Below, piece after piece: positions 40,103 through 52,627 of a stretch of 64,000 nucleotides of DNA; position 1 is the first letter of the stretch; the number at the start of each line of letters is the position of its first letter. Under the pieces are notes generated by a model that saw only the letters and a program-made list of their open reading frames with translations, was not told where the DNA came from and searched no databases. The position numbers and the translations under genes were made by a program. The stretch covers positions 1,568,001 through 1,632,000 of the forward strand of contig OZ255842.1 of NCBI GenBank assembly GCA_965277805.1, given 5' to 3'. The stretch is from Candidatus Lustribacter sp. GTDB lineage: Bacteria; Vulcanimicrobiota; Vulcanimicrobiia; Vulcanimicrobiales; Vulcanimicrobiaceae.

Positions 40103-40987
40103 ATGCTAGCGTTCGCGCCGTCGCCGGCCGTCGATGCGGTCATGTTGGAAGCCCGCGCGGCCGACTTTTCCAAGCGGTCTCTCAAGCGCGAGGCGAAGCG
40201 CGCCGCGATCGATCTTGCAATCCGCTGTATCGATCTCACCACGCTCGAAGGCAAAGACTCGCCGGGTAAGGTTGAGTCGATGTGCGCGAAGGCCGTGCAT
40301 CCCGGTTACGGCGCGCCGCCGGTTGCCGCCGTTTGCGTGTATCCGAATATGGTGTCCGTCGCGAAGGCCGCCGTTGCGGGCACGGGCGTGAAAGTTGCAT
40401 CGGTGGCGACCGCGTTTCCGAGCGGGCTTTCCTCGCTCGATGTCAAGCTGCGCGATACCGAATCGGCCTTGGCTGACGGCGCGGATGAAATCGATATGGT
40501 CATCAACCGCGGCGCGTTTCTGGCCGGCGATGAGACGTTGGTCTTCAACGAAATCGCGGCCGTCAAGCGCGTGTGCGGCGACGTGCACGTGAAAGCGATC
40601 CTCGAAGCGGGCGAGTTGGGTTCGTACGATGCGATCCGGCGCTGCAGCGATCTCGCGCTCGAAGCCGGCGCCGATACGATCAAGACGTCGACCGGGAAGA
40701 TCGGCGTTTCCGCAACGCTGCCGATCTCGCTCGTGATGTGCCAGTCGATCCTTTCGTTCTATCACCGCACGGGCGAACGCCGGGGATTCAAGGCCGCCGG
40801 CGGCATCCGCACCTCGAAGGTCGCGCTGTCGTATCTCGTGCTCATCGACGAAGTGCTCGGCGGTGATTGGCTCGATCCCGATTACTTCCGGATCGGCGCG
40901 TCATCGCTGCTCGACGACTTACTCTTGCAGCGCGAAAAAGAACGCACCGGCCGCTACCCGTCGCCCGACATCATCCCGAAAGACTAG
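40103..40987 (+). CDS. deoC: Deoxyribose-phosphate aldolase
   Basis: IDLTTL, AAVCVYP, GADEIDMV, IKTSTGK, FKAAGGIR, RIGASS. Confidence 0.95.
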   Translation: MLAFAPSPAVDAVMLEARAADFSKRSLKREAKRAAIDLAIRCIDLTTLEGKDSPGKVESMCAKAVHPGYGAPPVAAVCVYPNMVSVAKAAVAGTGVKVASVATAFPSGLSSLDVKLRDTESALADGADEIDMVINRGAFLAGDETLVFNEIAAVKRVCGDVHVKAILEAGELGSYDAIRRCSDLALEAGADTIKTSTGKIGVSATLPISLVMCQSILSFYHRTGERRGFKAAGGIRTSKVALSYLVLIDEVLGGDWLDPDYFRIGASSLLDDLLLQREKERTGRYPSPDIIPKD

Positions 40988-40994
40988 GCGACCG

Positions 40995-42491
40995 ATGATC
41001 GAAGAAAAACCGCTCACCGCTGCTCGTAACGGCAACGGCGTAAAGCCGTCTAAGCGTTTAGCCTATGCAACCTCGCGCGAATCGACGCCCGCGAACATCG
41101 CGCCGTCGTACGGCCACTTCATCGGCGGCGCGTTCGTCCCGTCAAGCGGCGGCGAAACGTTCGAGACGACGAACCCCGCCACCGGCGAAGTTCTCTCGCG
41201 CGTCGCGACCGGCACGCCCGAAGACGTCGACCGCGCGGTCGCGGCGGCGCGCAAAGCGTACGAGAAATACTGGCAGCCGCTCAGCCCGGCCCGGCGCGCC
41301 GCGTACATCTACCGCATCGCGCGCGCGATTTCGGAACGCTCGCGCGAACTGGCCGTGCTCGAAACGCTCGACAACGGCAAGCCGATCAAAGAATCGCGCG
41401 ACTTCGACGTGCCGATGTCCTCGGCGCACTTCTTCTACTACGCCGGCTGGGCCGACAAACTCGAGTACGCGGCGCGCGGCGGTCACATGCCGCATGCGCG
41501 CGGCGTCGTCGGCTCGATCGTTCCGTGGAACTTCCCGCTGCTGATGGCGGCGTGGAAGATCGCGCCCGCGCTCGCCGCCGGCAATACGATCGTGCTCAAA
41601 CCCGCCGAGACGACGCCGCTCTCGGCGCTGCGCTTGGCGGAAATCTGCGCTGAGGCCGATCTGCCGCCGGGCGTGCTGAACATCGTCACCGGCGACGGCG
41701 TCGCGGGCGCCGCGCTGGCCGCGCACCCCGGCATCGACAAGATCGCCTTCACCGGTTCCACCGAAGTGGGCAAGGCAATTCAGCGCAGCCGCGCCGGATC
41801 GCGCATCCCGATCACGCTCGAGCTCGGCGGCAAAGCCGCGAACATCGTCTTTGCCGACGCACCGCTCGATGAAGCGATCGAAGGCATCGTCAGCGGCATC
41901 TACTTCAACCAAGGCCACGTCTGTTGCGCGGGCTCGCGGTTGCTGGTGCAAGAGCCGATCCACGACGAGATCGTCGCGCGTCTCGAAGCGCGCATTGAAA
42001 CGCTGCGCCTCGGCGACCCGCTCGACAAGAACACCGACATTGGCGCGATCAACTCGCGCGCGCAGCTCGACCGCATCAACGAGCTCGTCGCAGCCGGCGT
42101 CTCCGAAGGCGCGGTGCTGCATCGCCAATCGGCCGCCGTGCCCGAAACCGGTTGTTTCTTCCCGGCCTCGTTCTTTACCGGAGTCGGTCCGGGGATGCGC
42201 ATCGCGCGCGAAGAGATCTTCGGACCGGTCCTCTCGATCCTGACTTTCCGCACGGCCGACGAGGCGATCGAGAAAGCCAACAACACGCGTTACGGTCTGA
42301 GCGCGGGCGTGTGGACCGACAAGGGTTCGAAGAGCATGTACGTCGCCGGTAAACTCAAAGCGGGCGTCGTGTGGTGTTCCACCTTCAACAAGTTCGACCC
42401 GAGCTCGCCGTTCGGCGGATACCGTGAATCCGGCTTCGGCCGCGAGGGCGGCCTCGAAGGCTTGCGTCCATACCTCGAGTTCGACCAATAG
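40995..42491 (+). CDS. Aldehyde dehydrogenase (DeoC-associated)
   Basis: PWNFP, FTGST, LELGGK, GHVCCAG, EEIFGP, PFGGYRESG. Confidence 0.95.
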   Translation: MIEEKPLTAARNGNGVKPSKRLAYATSRESTPANIAPSYGHFIGGAFVPSSGGETFETTNPATGEVLSRVATGTPEDVDRAVAAARKAYEKYWQPLSPARRAAYIYRIARAISERSRELAVLETLDNGKPIKESRDFDVPMSSAHFFYYAGWADKLEYAARGGHMPHARGVVGSIVPWNFPLLMAAWKIAPALAAGNTIVLKPAETTPLSALRLAEICAEADLPPGVLNIVTGDGVAGAALAAHPGIDKIAFTGSTEVGKAIQRSRAGSRIPITLELGGKAANIVFADAPLDEAIEGIVSGIYFNQGHVCCAGSRLLVQEPIHDEIVARLEARIETLRLGDPLDKNTDIGAINSRAQLDRINELVAAGVSEGAVLHRQSAAVPETGCFFPASFFTGVGPGMRIAREEIFGPVLSILTFRTADEAIEKANNTRYGLSAGVWTDKGSKSMYVAGKLKAGVVWCSTFNKFDPSSPFGGYRESGFGREGGLEGLRPYLEFDQ

Positions 42492-42496
42492 CCTCT

Positions 42497-45412
42497 GTGC
42501 GTACGTCGCTACACGTTCCGGAGAATCTGCTCCAGCTCTACGTCGAGAACAGCCCGTTAGCACTGATTCAGTTCAACGCGGACTTGCGCATCGTGGCGTG
42601 GTCGGAACGTGCGACGGCGATGTTCGGCTGGACCGAAGACGAGGTGCGCGGGAAAACGCTCGATGAGTTCGGCTTCGTCCACGAGGACGACCGCGAGCAC
42701 GTGGCGGGACTCTTTCGCGCGATGGCGGACGGCCCGGCGAATTGGAACGCCAATACCAATCGCAACCGGCGTCGCGACGGCGAGATCATCCATTGCCGCT
42801 GGTTCAACGCCTACCTCGTCTCCGACGCGTTCAGCGGCTACGTTTCGCTGGCCGAAGACGTCACCGAAGCAACGCTCGCGCGCGACGCCGCCTCGGCCAG
42901 CGAAGAACGGCTGAAGGCACTCTTCGAGGCCACGCCCGACGCACTGACGTTCTTCGACTTGAACGGCCGCATCACCGATTCGAATCCGGCCTCGGAACGC
43001 TTGATGGGCGTCAGCAGCGCCGAACTCAACTCGCATCCGTTCAGCGACTTCGTTCTCTCGGAAGATCAAGAATTCGCGGCCGACCTGTTCAGTCAGGTGC
43101 TGCGCGGCGACACGGTCTCGGCCGAACTCACGGTCCGCCGGCTCGACGGTCACACCTTTCCGGTCGAGCTCGTCGCCGGACCGATCCGCGAACGCGGCGC
43201 CGTCACCGGGGTCTACTGTTCGGCGCGCGACATCACCGAACGCAACGAAGCGCGCGAAAAGATCGAGACGAGCGAAGAACGTTTCCGCTCGATCTTCGAC
43301 AACAACCCCGATCCGATGATCGCCTTCGATGCCGACGGCACCGTGACGCGCGCGAACGGCGCCGCCGGCCGCGTGCTCGAAATCGATCCCGAAACGCTGG
43401 TCGGCCAAACGCTGGGCGACGTTGCGACCGACGGTGACCTGACTGCGGCGCTTGCCTGCTTCAATCGCGCGCTCGCCGGCATGGCCGGCGGGATCGAACT
43501 GCACGTGCGTCACGCGCGCGAACATTCGCTGCCCGCGTTCGTGACGATGATTCCGATCCGGTTCCGCGGTCTCGCCGCCGGCGTCCATCTGCACGTGCGC
43601 GACCTGCGTTCGACGATCGCCTCGCAACGCCAGATCGCCGCGCACGCCGAACGCATTCGCGATCTCTACATGAGCGCGGCGGCAGCCAGCGGCAACACCG
43701 AACAGCAAATCGCCGCCACGATCGAGGCCGGTTGCCGCATCCTCGGCCTTTCGGCCGGCGCGCTCTACGAGAGCGAGAGCGACAAGCTGGTCGAGATCTA
43801 TGGCGAATCGCTCGGACTCGGTCTCGCGCGCTTGGCGCTGGGTTCCGATCGCGCGCTCGCGATCGATGACGTCCGCGGCTTACCGCAGCTGGCCGAGGAA
43901 CCCGAGACTCCTGATGGCGCGCCGTTCGTCGCGTTCATTGGAACGCCGATCGACGTGAGCGGAACGCGGTACGGCACGCTGTGCTTCGCCGATCGCCGCC
44001 GCCGGCGCACGCCGTTCGACGACGTCGATCGCGATCTCGTGCAGTTGATGGGCGCGCTGGTCAGCTCGGCGATCGAACGGGTGCGCTCGCGCGCGCGCCT
44101 GCAAACGCTGGCCTACAGCGATACGGTCACCTCGCTGCCGAATCGGGCGTGGCTCGTCGATCATTTGCGGGCGCTGCTCGACGAAGCGCGGCGCTCGGAA
44201 ACCGCCGTGGGCGTGCTCTTTCTCGATCTCGATCGTTTCAAGGACATCAACGACACGCTCGGCCACGACAGCGGCGACCGCCTGTTGCGCATCGTCGGCG
44301 AGCGGCTTGTCCGCGCGATCCGCACCGACGACGTCGTGGCGCGCATGGGCGGCGATGAGTTCGTGGTGCTGGCCGGCGGCAACCCGGATATGCAGGCGCT
44401 GGGCGGGCTCGCCGAACGTATCGTCGCCACGGTCGAAGAACCGATTCCGATGGACGGCTCGGAGCTGTTCGTCACGACCAGCATCGGGATCGCGTCGTTC
44501 CCGGCCGACGGCGGCGATGCCGAAACGCTGGTCAAACACGCCGACGTCGCGATGTACCGCGCCAAAGATCGCGGGCGCAACACCTACCAATTCTTCACGC
44601 CCGCTCTCAACGCGACGCTGCACACGCGCCTCTCGCAAGAGAAGTCGCTGCGCAAGGCGCTCGACAACGGCGAGTTCGTCGTCTACTACCAGCCGCAGCA
44701 CGACCTGGTCAGCGGCGCGCTGGTGGCGGTCGAAGCGCTCGTGCGCTGGAATCATCCGCGGTCGGGCCTCGTGCTGCCGGGGCAATTCATTCCCAACGCC
44801 GAGCTCAGCGGCCTGATCGTCGCGCTCGGCGATTTCATTCTCGAACGGGCCTGCACCGACATCAGCGGGCTGCGCAAAACGATCGCGCCGGATCTACGGC
44901 TCGCCGTCAACCTGAGCGCGCGGCAATTCCATCAGCAACGCCTGGCCGCAAAGGTACGCGGCTATGTGGAACGCACCGGTTTCGATCCGACCGCGCTCGA
45001 ACTCGAGATCACCGAATCCGTCGCGATGAACGACGCCGCGCTCACCGTGAGCATCATGCGCGACATCGGCGCGGAGGGCATGAGCCTGTCGGTCGACGAT
45101 TTCGGCACCGGCTACTCATCGCTCGGCTACCTGCGGCGCTTTCCGCTGGACTCGATCAAGATCGACCGCTCGTTCGTCACCGATCTCGCTCAAGAGCCCG
45201 ACGACGCAACCATCGTGCGCACGGTCATCGCCATGGCCCACTCGCTCGACCTCGAGGTCATCGCCGAGGGCGTCGAGACGCCCGAGCAGCTGGATTTTCT
45301 GCGCAACGAGCGCTGCGACCGGGTCCAGGGCTTCTACTTCTCCCAGGCCGTGCCGCTGGAAGCCCTCGAAACCTACATCCTGCGTGGAACGGAAACCGTC
45401 GCGGCGGGGTAA
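42497..45412 (+). CDS. PAS-PAS-PAS-GAF-GGDEF-EAL c-di-GMP enzyme
   Basis: Three PAS/PAC, GAF (FIGTPI..GTLCF), RTDD I-site + GGDEF, EALVRW, DDFGTGYSS. Confidence 0.93.
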   Translation: MRTSLHVPENLLQLYVENSPLALIQFNADLRIVAWSERATAMFGWTEDEVRGKTLDEFGFVHEDDREHVAGLFRAMADGPANWNANTNRNRRRDGEIIHCRWFNAYLVSDAFSGYVSLAEDVTEATLARDAASASEERLKALFEATPDALTFFDLNGRITDSNPASERLMGVSSAELNSHPFSDFVLSEDQEFAADLFSQVLRGDTVSAELTVRRLDGHTFPVELVAGPIRERGAVTGVYCSARDITERNEAREKIETSEERFRSIFDNNPDPMIAFDADGTVTRANGAAGRVLEIDPETLVGQTLGDVATDGDLTAALACFNRALAGMAGGIELHVRHAREHSLPAFVTMIPIRFRGLAAGVHLHVRDLRSTIASQRQIAAHAERIRDLYMSAAAASGNTEQQIAATIEAGCRILGLSAGALYESESDKLVEIYGESLGLGLARLALGSDRALAIDDVRGLPQLAEEPETPDGAPFVAFIGTPIDVSGTRYGTLCFADRRRRRTPFDDVDRDLVQLMGALVSSAIERVRSRARLQTLAYSDTVTSLPNRAWLVDHLRALLDEARRSETAVGVLFLDLDRFKDINDTLGHDSGDRLLRIVGERLVRAIRTDDVVARMGGDEFVVLAGGNPDMQALGGLAERIVATVEEPIPMDGSELFVTTSIGIASFPADGGDAETLVKHADVAMYRAKDRGRNTYQFFTPALNATLHTRLSQEKSLRKALDNGEFVVYYQPQHDLVSGALVAVEALVRWNHPRSGLVLPGQFIPNAELSGLIVALGDFILERACTDISGLRKTIAPDLRLAVNLSARQFHQQRLAAKVRGYVERTGFDPTALELEITESVAMNDAALTVSIMRDIGAEGMSLSVDDFGTGYSSLGYLRRFPLDSIKIDRSFVTDLAQEPDDATIVRTVIAMAHSLDLEVIAEGVETPEQLDFLRNERCDRVQGFYFSQAVPLEALETYILRGTETVAAG

Positions 45413-45421
45413 GAACTTTAC

Positions 45422-46684
45422 GTGGAAACCCTCAGCCTGCTCCTCGACCGGGCTGCGCTCGTCGACCGCTACCGTGCCGGCCGCGCCCGCAGCGCCCAAC
45501 TCTTCGCATCGATCGCACCCTCCGCATATTACGAGGCGCCGATCCCGCTGCGCCACCCGTTCGTGTTCTACGAGGGTCATCTGCCGGGCTTCGCCTATCT
45601 GGTGCTGCACGAGCGCGCGCTCCACGGCGCACAGATCGACCCGCGCCTCGAGTTGTTGTTCGAACGCGGCATTGATCCGAGCACGATCGACCTCGCCAAC
45701 CGCCATCGCCGCGACGACTGGCCGGACCGCGCCACCGTTCGCCGCTTTGGGGATGCGTGCGACACCGCGCTGATCGACGACATCGCGCACGCGGTGCTCG
45801 ACGATCCGTCGAACCCGCTGCTCGTGCATGCCGAGGCGCTCTTCAATATCCTCGAACACGAGGAAATGCACCACGAGACGCTCACCTATATCATCCACCG
45901 TTTACCGGCCGATACCAAACGCGGCCCGCGCATCGACGTGCGCGACGTGATGCCGGCGCGGCGCGATCCGATCGCGATCGCGGCCGGCCGCGCAACGCTC
46001 GGACTGCGGCGCGGCGAAGCCTTCGGCTGGGACAACGAGTTCGACGTTCACACGGTCGACGTGCCGGCGTTCGGCATTGACGCCTACGACGTGACCAACG
46101 GCGACTACCTCGCGTTCGTACGCGACGGCGGAGCACCGCCGCCGTTTTGGATCGAGCGCGACGGCGGCTGGTCGCTGCGCTGCGTGTACGGCGAGGTCCC
46201 GCTGCCGCTCAGTTGGCCGGTCTACGCGAGCCACGACGACGCCGAGGCGTTCGTTGCGTGGTCGGGCGCGCGCTTACCGAGCGAAGCCGAATATCATCGT
46301 GCCGCCTTCGGCACGCCGGCGGGCGACGAACGCGCGTTTCCGTGGGGGTCCGCCGCGCCGGCACCGCAACACGGCAACTTCGATTTCCGCCGTTTCGATC
46401 CCGAACCGGTCGGCAGTTCGCCCGCCGGCGCCAGTGCATGGGGCGTCGAGGACCTCATCGGCAACGGCTGGGAGTGGACGTCGACGCCGTTCGGCCCGTT
46501 CGACGGCTTCGTTCCGATGGCGTCGTACCCGCAATACTCGGCGGACTTCTTCGACGGGCGTCACTACGTGATGAAAGGCGCCTCGCCGGTCACCTCCTCC
46601 AACCTCATCCGGCGCAGCTTCCGAAACTGGTTCTTCGCCGACTACCAATATATGTACGCGACCTTCCGCCGCGCTTATTCCTAG
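45422..46684 (+). CDS. EgtB/OvoA-family non-heme iron sulfoxide synthase (DinB + FGE-sulfatase domains)
   Basis: RHPFVFYEGH, HEEMHHE iron motif, RLPSEAEY, GNGWEWT, Y..YSADFFDG, FRNW. Confidence 0.8.
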   Translation: METLSLLLDRAALVDRYRAGRARSAQLFASIAPSAYYEAPIPLRHPFVFYEGHLPGFAYLVLHERALHGAQIDPRLELLFERGIDPSTIDLANRHRRDDWPDRATVRRFGDACDTALIDDIAHAVLDDPSNPLLVHAEALFNILEHEEMHHETLTYIIHRLPADTKRGPRIDVRDVMPARRDPIAIAAGRATLGLRRGEAFGWDNEFDVHTVDVPAFGIDAYDVTNGDYLAFVRDGGAPPPFWIERDGGWSLRCVYGEVPLPLSWPVYASHDDAEAFVAWSGARLPSEAEYHRAAFGTPAGDERAFPWGSAAPAPQHGNFDFRRFDPEPVGSSPAGASAWGVEDLIGNGWEWTSTPFGPFDGFVPMASYPQYSADFFDGRHYVMKGASPVTSSNLIRRSFRNWFFADYQYMYATFRRAYS

Positions 46685-46708
46685 ACGGCGGCTTGGGCGA
46701 GGGCCTGA

Positions 46709-48973
<2,265 letters not shown>

Positions 48974-49033
48974 GCGGGGTCTCTCAGGATTTGAGCCAAT
49001 TCGCCGAAGTTAAGCTAAGCCAGGAGGGCATTT

Positions 49034-50890
49034 TTGGGAGGACTCGGGTCCGGGGGTGCGGTTTCGTCCTGGCCGTTGTTTGCGGTCGGGGGCTTTGTCG
49101 TTGCCGTAGCCGTGGTCGCGATCGTCACGCTCACGCGCGTCTTCGGGGCCAGCCTGCGCTCCATGTCGCTGCGCAACGAGTCCGAACGCCTCAAATCCGA
49201 AGTCGCCCTGGCCCGGGCTGAGGCCCGCTTCCGCACCGTCTTCGAAGGCGCGCCGCTCGGCATCGCCGTCGTCGACGTCGACGGCACCCTGAAGGAAACC
49301 AACGCCGCGTTCGATCTGATGCTCGGCTACGAGCGTCGCGAACTGGTCGGCAAGACGATGACCGAGCTGAGCGATGAATCGGATCGCGAGCGCACGCTCG
49401 AGGCCTTCGGCGCGCTCGTGCGCGGCGAGGTGTCGTCGTACGAACACGAGATGCGCTATAAACGAAAGAACGGATCCACGCTCTGGGGCGACGTCAGCGT
49501 AACCTACGTACCCGAAGACGACGAACCGTTTGCCATTGCGGTCATCGACGACGTCAGCGACCGGATCGTCATTCGCGACCGCCTGATTCACGAAGCGACG
49601 CACGACTCGCTCACGAGCTTGCCCAACCGGGGCCTCTTCTCCGCGCAGCTCGGTGATGCGCTGCGCTCGCGGCTGCCCGGTCTCGCCGTTGCGTTCGTCG
49701 ACCTCGATCACTTCAAAGTGGTCAACGACAGCCTCGGACATCTCGCCGGCGATGCGCTCCTGCGCGCGGTCGCGCAGCGCTTGCGCTCGATCATGCGGCC
49801 CGGCGAAATGGTCGCGCGGCTCGGCGGCGATGAGTTCGGAGTGATCTTTCTCGATGAAGATATCGAGGCGCGCGTCGAGTGGCTGCACGCCACCGTTGCC
49901 GAACCGGCCAACATCGAAGGCCGCCGCCTCTACACGACGGCCAGCGTCGGGGTCGCGGTCGCGCACGCGCGCTACGAGCGCGCCGAAGATCTGCTGCGCG
50001 ACGCCGACATCGCCCTCTACCGCTCCAAAGCGGACGGGCGCGCGACCTACACGATCTTCAACGAGATCATGCACGATAGCGCCGTGCGCCGGCTGCAGAT
50101 TTCCTCCGACGTGCGCGACGCGATCAACGCACCCGAGCAATTCCGCGTCGCCTTCCAGCCGCTCGTGCGGCTGAGCGATTGGAAGACCGTCGGCTATGAG
50201 GCGCTGGTGCGCTGGCAACACCCGACGGAGGGCTTGATCCAGCCCGATCTCTTCATCCCGGCGGCGGAAGAGACCGGCGTGATCATTCGCTTGGGGCGCG
50301 AAGTGCTGGTCCGCTCGCTCGAGCGGTTGGCGCGCGAACAGCGCGACGATCCGACCCTCACGATGCACGTGAACGTGTCGGTCCAAGAGATCATGCACGG
50401 CGATCTGCCCGAGCACGTGTTCGCCGCCATCAAAGCGACCGGCGTACGCCCGGAAACGGTCACGCTCGAGATCACCGAAAACGCGATCATCGATACGAGC
50501 ACGGGCGCGGGCGCCGTGCTCGAACGTTTGCGCGCCGGCGGCGTGCGCATTTGCGTCGACGACTTCGGCATCGGCTACTCATCGCTGCGCTATTTGAGCC
50601 TCTTCCCGATCAACAGCTTGAAGATCGATCGCAGCTTCGTGTCGGGCACCGGCGAGGGCATCCAGAGCGAGCCGATCTGCCGGATGCTGCTCGACCTCGC
50701 GCGCTCGCTCGAACTGACCGTGGTCGCCGAAGGAATCGAAACTCCCGAGCAGGCGGATCGTCTGCTCGCGCTCGGCGCAACGACCGGTCAAGGCTATATC
50801 TTCTCGCGCCCGATCATTCCGGATCGCGACAGCCGGATCGTGCTCCCGGACATCTTGCTCAAAGGCCGGCCGGTCTCAATCTCCGTTTAG
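49034..50890 (+). CDS. TM-PAS-GGDEF-EAL c-di-GMP enzyme
   Basis: TM, PAS, GGDEF, YEALVRW, DDFGIGYSS; start uncertain. Confidence 0.92.
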   Translation: MGGLGSGGAVSSWPLFAVGGFVVAVAVVAIVTLTRVFGASLRSMSLRNESERLKSEVALARAEARFRTVFEGAPLGIAVVDVDGTLKETNAAFDLMLGYERRELVGKTMTELSDESDRERTLEAFGALVRGEVSSYEHEMRYKRKNGSTLWGDVSVTYVPEDDEPFAIAVIDDVSDRIVIRDRLIHEATHDSLTSLPNRGLFSAQLGDALRSRLPGLAVAFVDLDHFKVVNDSLGHLAGDALLRAVAQRLRSIMRPGEMVARLGGDEFGVIFLDEDIEARVEWLHATVAEPANIEGRRLYTTASVGVAVAHARYERAEDLLRDADIALYRSKADGRATYTIFNEIMHDSAVRRLQISSDVRDAINAPEQFRVAFQPLVRLSDWKTVGYEALVRWQHPTEGLIQPDLFIPAAEETGVIIRLGREVLVRSLERLAREQRDDPTLTMHVNVSVQEIMHGDLPEHVFAAIKATGVRPETVTLEITENAIIDTSTGAGAVLERLRAGGVRICVDDFGIGYSSLRYLSLFPINSLKIDRSFVSGTGEGIQSEPICRMLLDLARSLELTVVAEGIETPEQADRLLALGATTGQGYIFSRPIIPDRDSRIVLPDILLKGRPVSISV

Positions 50891-51429
50891 AGCTTGTCGA
50901 CGTCGAAGCGATCGGCGGCTTCCATGATGATGCGCCGCGCTTCGCCTGCATCCGACCAGCCGTGCGTACTGGTCTTCTTACCTTCGAGCAATTTGTAGGT
51001 TGCGAAAAAGTGTTCGATCTTGCGCAGCTGGTGCGCGAAGATCTGTGTGTAGTTATGCACGTCCGCGTACTCGGGCTCACCGACCGGCACGGCGAGAACC
51101 TTGTCGTCGGACTTGCCGTCGTCGGTCATGCCGAGGATGCCGATCGGACGCGCGACCACGAGGCAGCCGCTGAACGTCGGTTCCGAGACGAGGATCAGCA
51201 CGTCGAGCGGATCGTCATCGAGCGCGAGCGTTCGCGGCGCGAAACCGTAATCGCCGGGATAATACACCGGTGAGTGCAGCGCGCGGTCGAGCCGGAAGAT
51301 GTCCAGTGACTTGTCGTATTCGTACTTGTTGCGCGAGCCGCTCGGAATTTCGACGATCACGTTGATCGCCTCCGGCGCGCGTTCGCCCAGCGGGAGCATA
51401 AGCCGGTTTTGCCGCGAATCAAGGGTCAC
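50887..51429 (-). CDS. ppa: Inorganic pyrophosphatase (family I)
   Basis: EIP..SRNKYEYD, LDR, DYGF, DDDPLD, DDK. Confidence 0.96.
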   Translation of the reverse strand: MTLDSRQNRLMLPLGERAPEAINVIVEIPSGSRNKYEYDKSLDIFRLDRALHSPVYYPGDYGFAPRTLALDDDPLDVLILVSEPTFSGCLVVARPIGILGMTDDGKSDDKVLAVPVGEPEYADVHNYTQIFAHQLRKIEHFFATYKLLEGKKTSTHGWSDAGEARRIIMEAADRFDVDKL

Positions 51430-51562
51430 CGCTCAGGCCTTCCCCCCGTCGAGGCGATGCCCTTGTACGTTTCGGCCGGCTGCGACCGCACTAATGCGCC
51501 TCGGGGGACGAACCGATGCCATATCATATGACCCTCGGGAACGGCGCTGCCGTGCCGGGCGC

Positions 51563-51645
51563 GAACACGATCGCTGCTACACCAATTTCGGCCCGCTTAT
51601 CGGACGCTTGGAAGGGCGTTTGGCGAGCCATTTCGGCATTCCGAT
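51563..51645 (+). pseudogene. Fragment of DegT/DnrJ/EryC1/StrS aminotransferase
   Basis: YTNFGPLIGRLEGRLASHFG resembles the family N-terminal block; frame ends at 51691. Confidence 0.55.
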
Positions 51646-51705
51646 CGGTGGCACTCGAAGGCGCGCTGCACGCGCCGGTGTGACGCTCTGACCACCGCGG
51701 CGGTC

Positions 51706-52362
51706 ATGCAACCGTATTTCGTTCCATATGCCGGTTACTTTCGGCTGTTTGCGGCAGCCGACGTCGTCGTCATGCTGGACACGGTGCAATTTGCGCGCCG
51801 CGGCTGGGTGCACCGGAACCGGTTCGCAATCGCCGGCGGTGAAAGCGACTGGTTGACGCTTCCCCTTATGAAGCCCGCATACGACGCTCGCATCGGCGAT
51901 CTGCGCTTCGCAGCCGACGCCCGTCAGCGGCTCGAGCGCGCGCTGCTACGGTTTCCGGTTCTCGCTCAAGCGGCCGCGGAAGGAAGTCCCATCGTGGAGC
52001 GCACCCTCACGCTCGGAGCCGGCTCGGTGGCGGACTACCTGGCGGCTCTCGTGAGCGAACACTCGACGACACTCGGCTTCGGAGCCCGGATCATTCGGGC
52101 CGGCGAACTCGACATCGATCCGGGCTTGCGCGCTCAGGACCGTATCCTCGCGATCGTGCGCGCCTGCGGCGCAACGCGCTACGTTAATCCATCCGGTGGC
52201 CGCGATCTCTATGACGCGCAGGCCTTTCACGCCGCCGGCATAGAATTGCAATTCCTCACGCCGTATGCCGGCAGCATGGAAAGCATCTTAACACGCCTAT
52301 TGCTAGAGCCGGTCGCGGCGATCGCAAATGAGATCGTCCGCGAAACCCAACTCGTGCCGTGA
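51706..52362 (+). CDS. WbqC family protein
   Basis: MQPYFVPYAGYF, DTVQF...GWVHRNR, YVNPSGG..LY. Confidence 0.92.
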   Translation: MQPYFVPYAGYFRLFAAADVVVMLDTVQFARRGWVHRNRFAIAGGESDWLTLPLMKPAYDARIGDLRFAADARQRLERALLRFPVLAQAAAEGSPIVERTLTLGAGSVADYLAALVSEHSTTLGFGARIIRAGELDIDPGLRAQDRILAIVRACGATRYVNPSGGRDLYDAQAFHAAGIELQFLTPYAGSMESILTRLLLEPVAAIANEIVRETQLVP

Positions 52363-52387
52363 CGACGGACTACCCCGGAAAGACAGA

Positions 52388-52627
52388 ATGACCCACGGCG
52401 AACGGCTCTCCGCGATTCTCTCCGACGCGTTACGTCTTCCCGCCGCTGCCATCTCCGATGACCTGGATATGGCCGGCTCCGGTACGTGGGATTCGTTGAG
52501 CCACATACAACTCATCGCCGGCATCGAAGATGAGTTTTCCATCGAACTGACTTCGGACGACATCGTGGCAATGACCAGCGTCGATGCAATCAAGCAAACC
52601 CTGCGCGCGCGTGCAGTCGACATCTGA
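52388..52627 (+). CDS. Acyl/aminoacyl carrier protein
   Basis: WDSLSH phosphopantetheine Ser, IEDEF.I. Confidence 0.9.
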   Translation: MTHGERLSAILSDALRLPAAAISDDLDMAGSGTWDSLSHIQLIAGIEDEFSIELTSDDIVAMTSVDAIKQTLRARAVDI

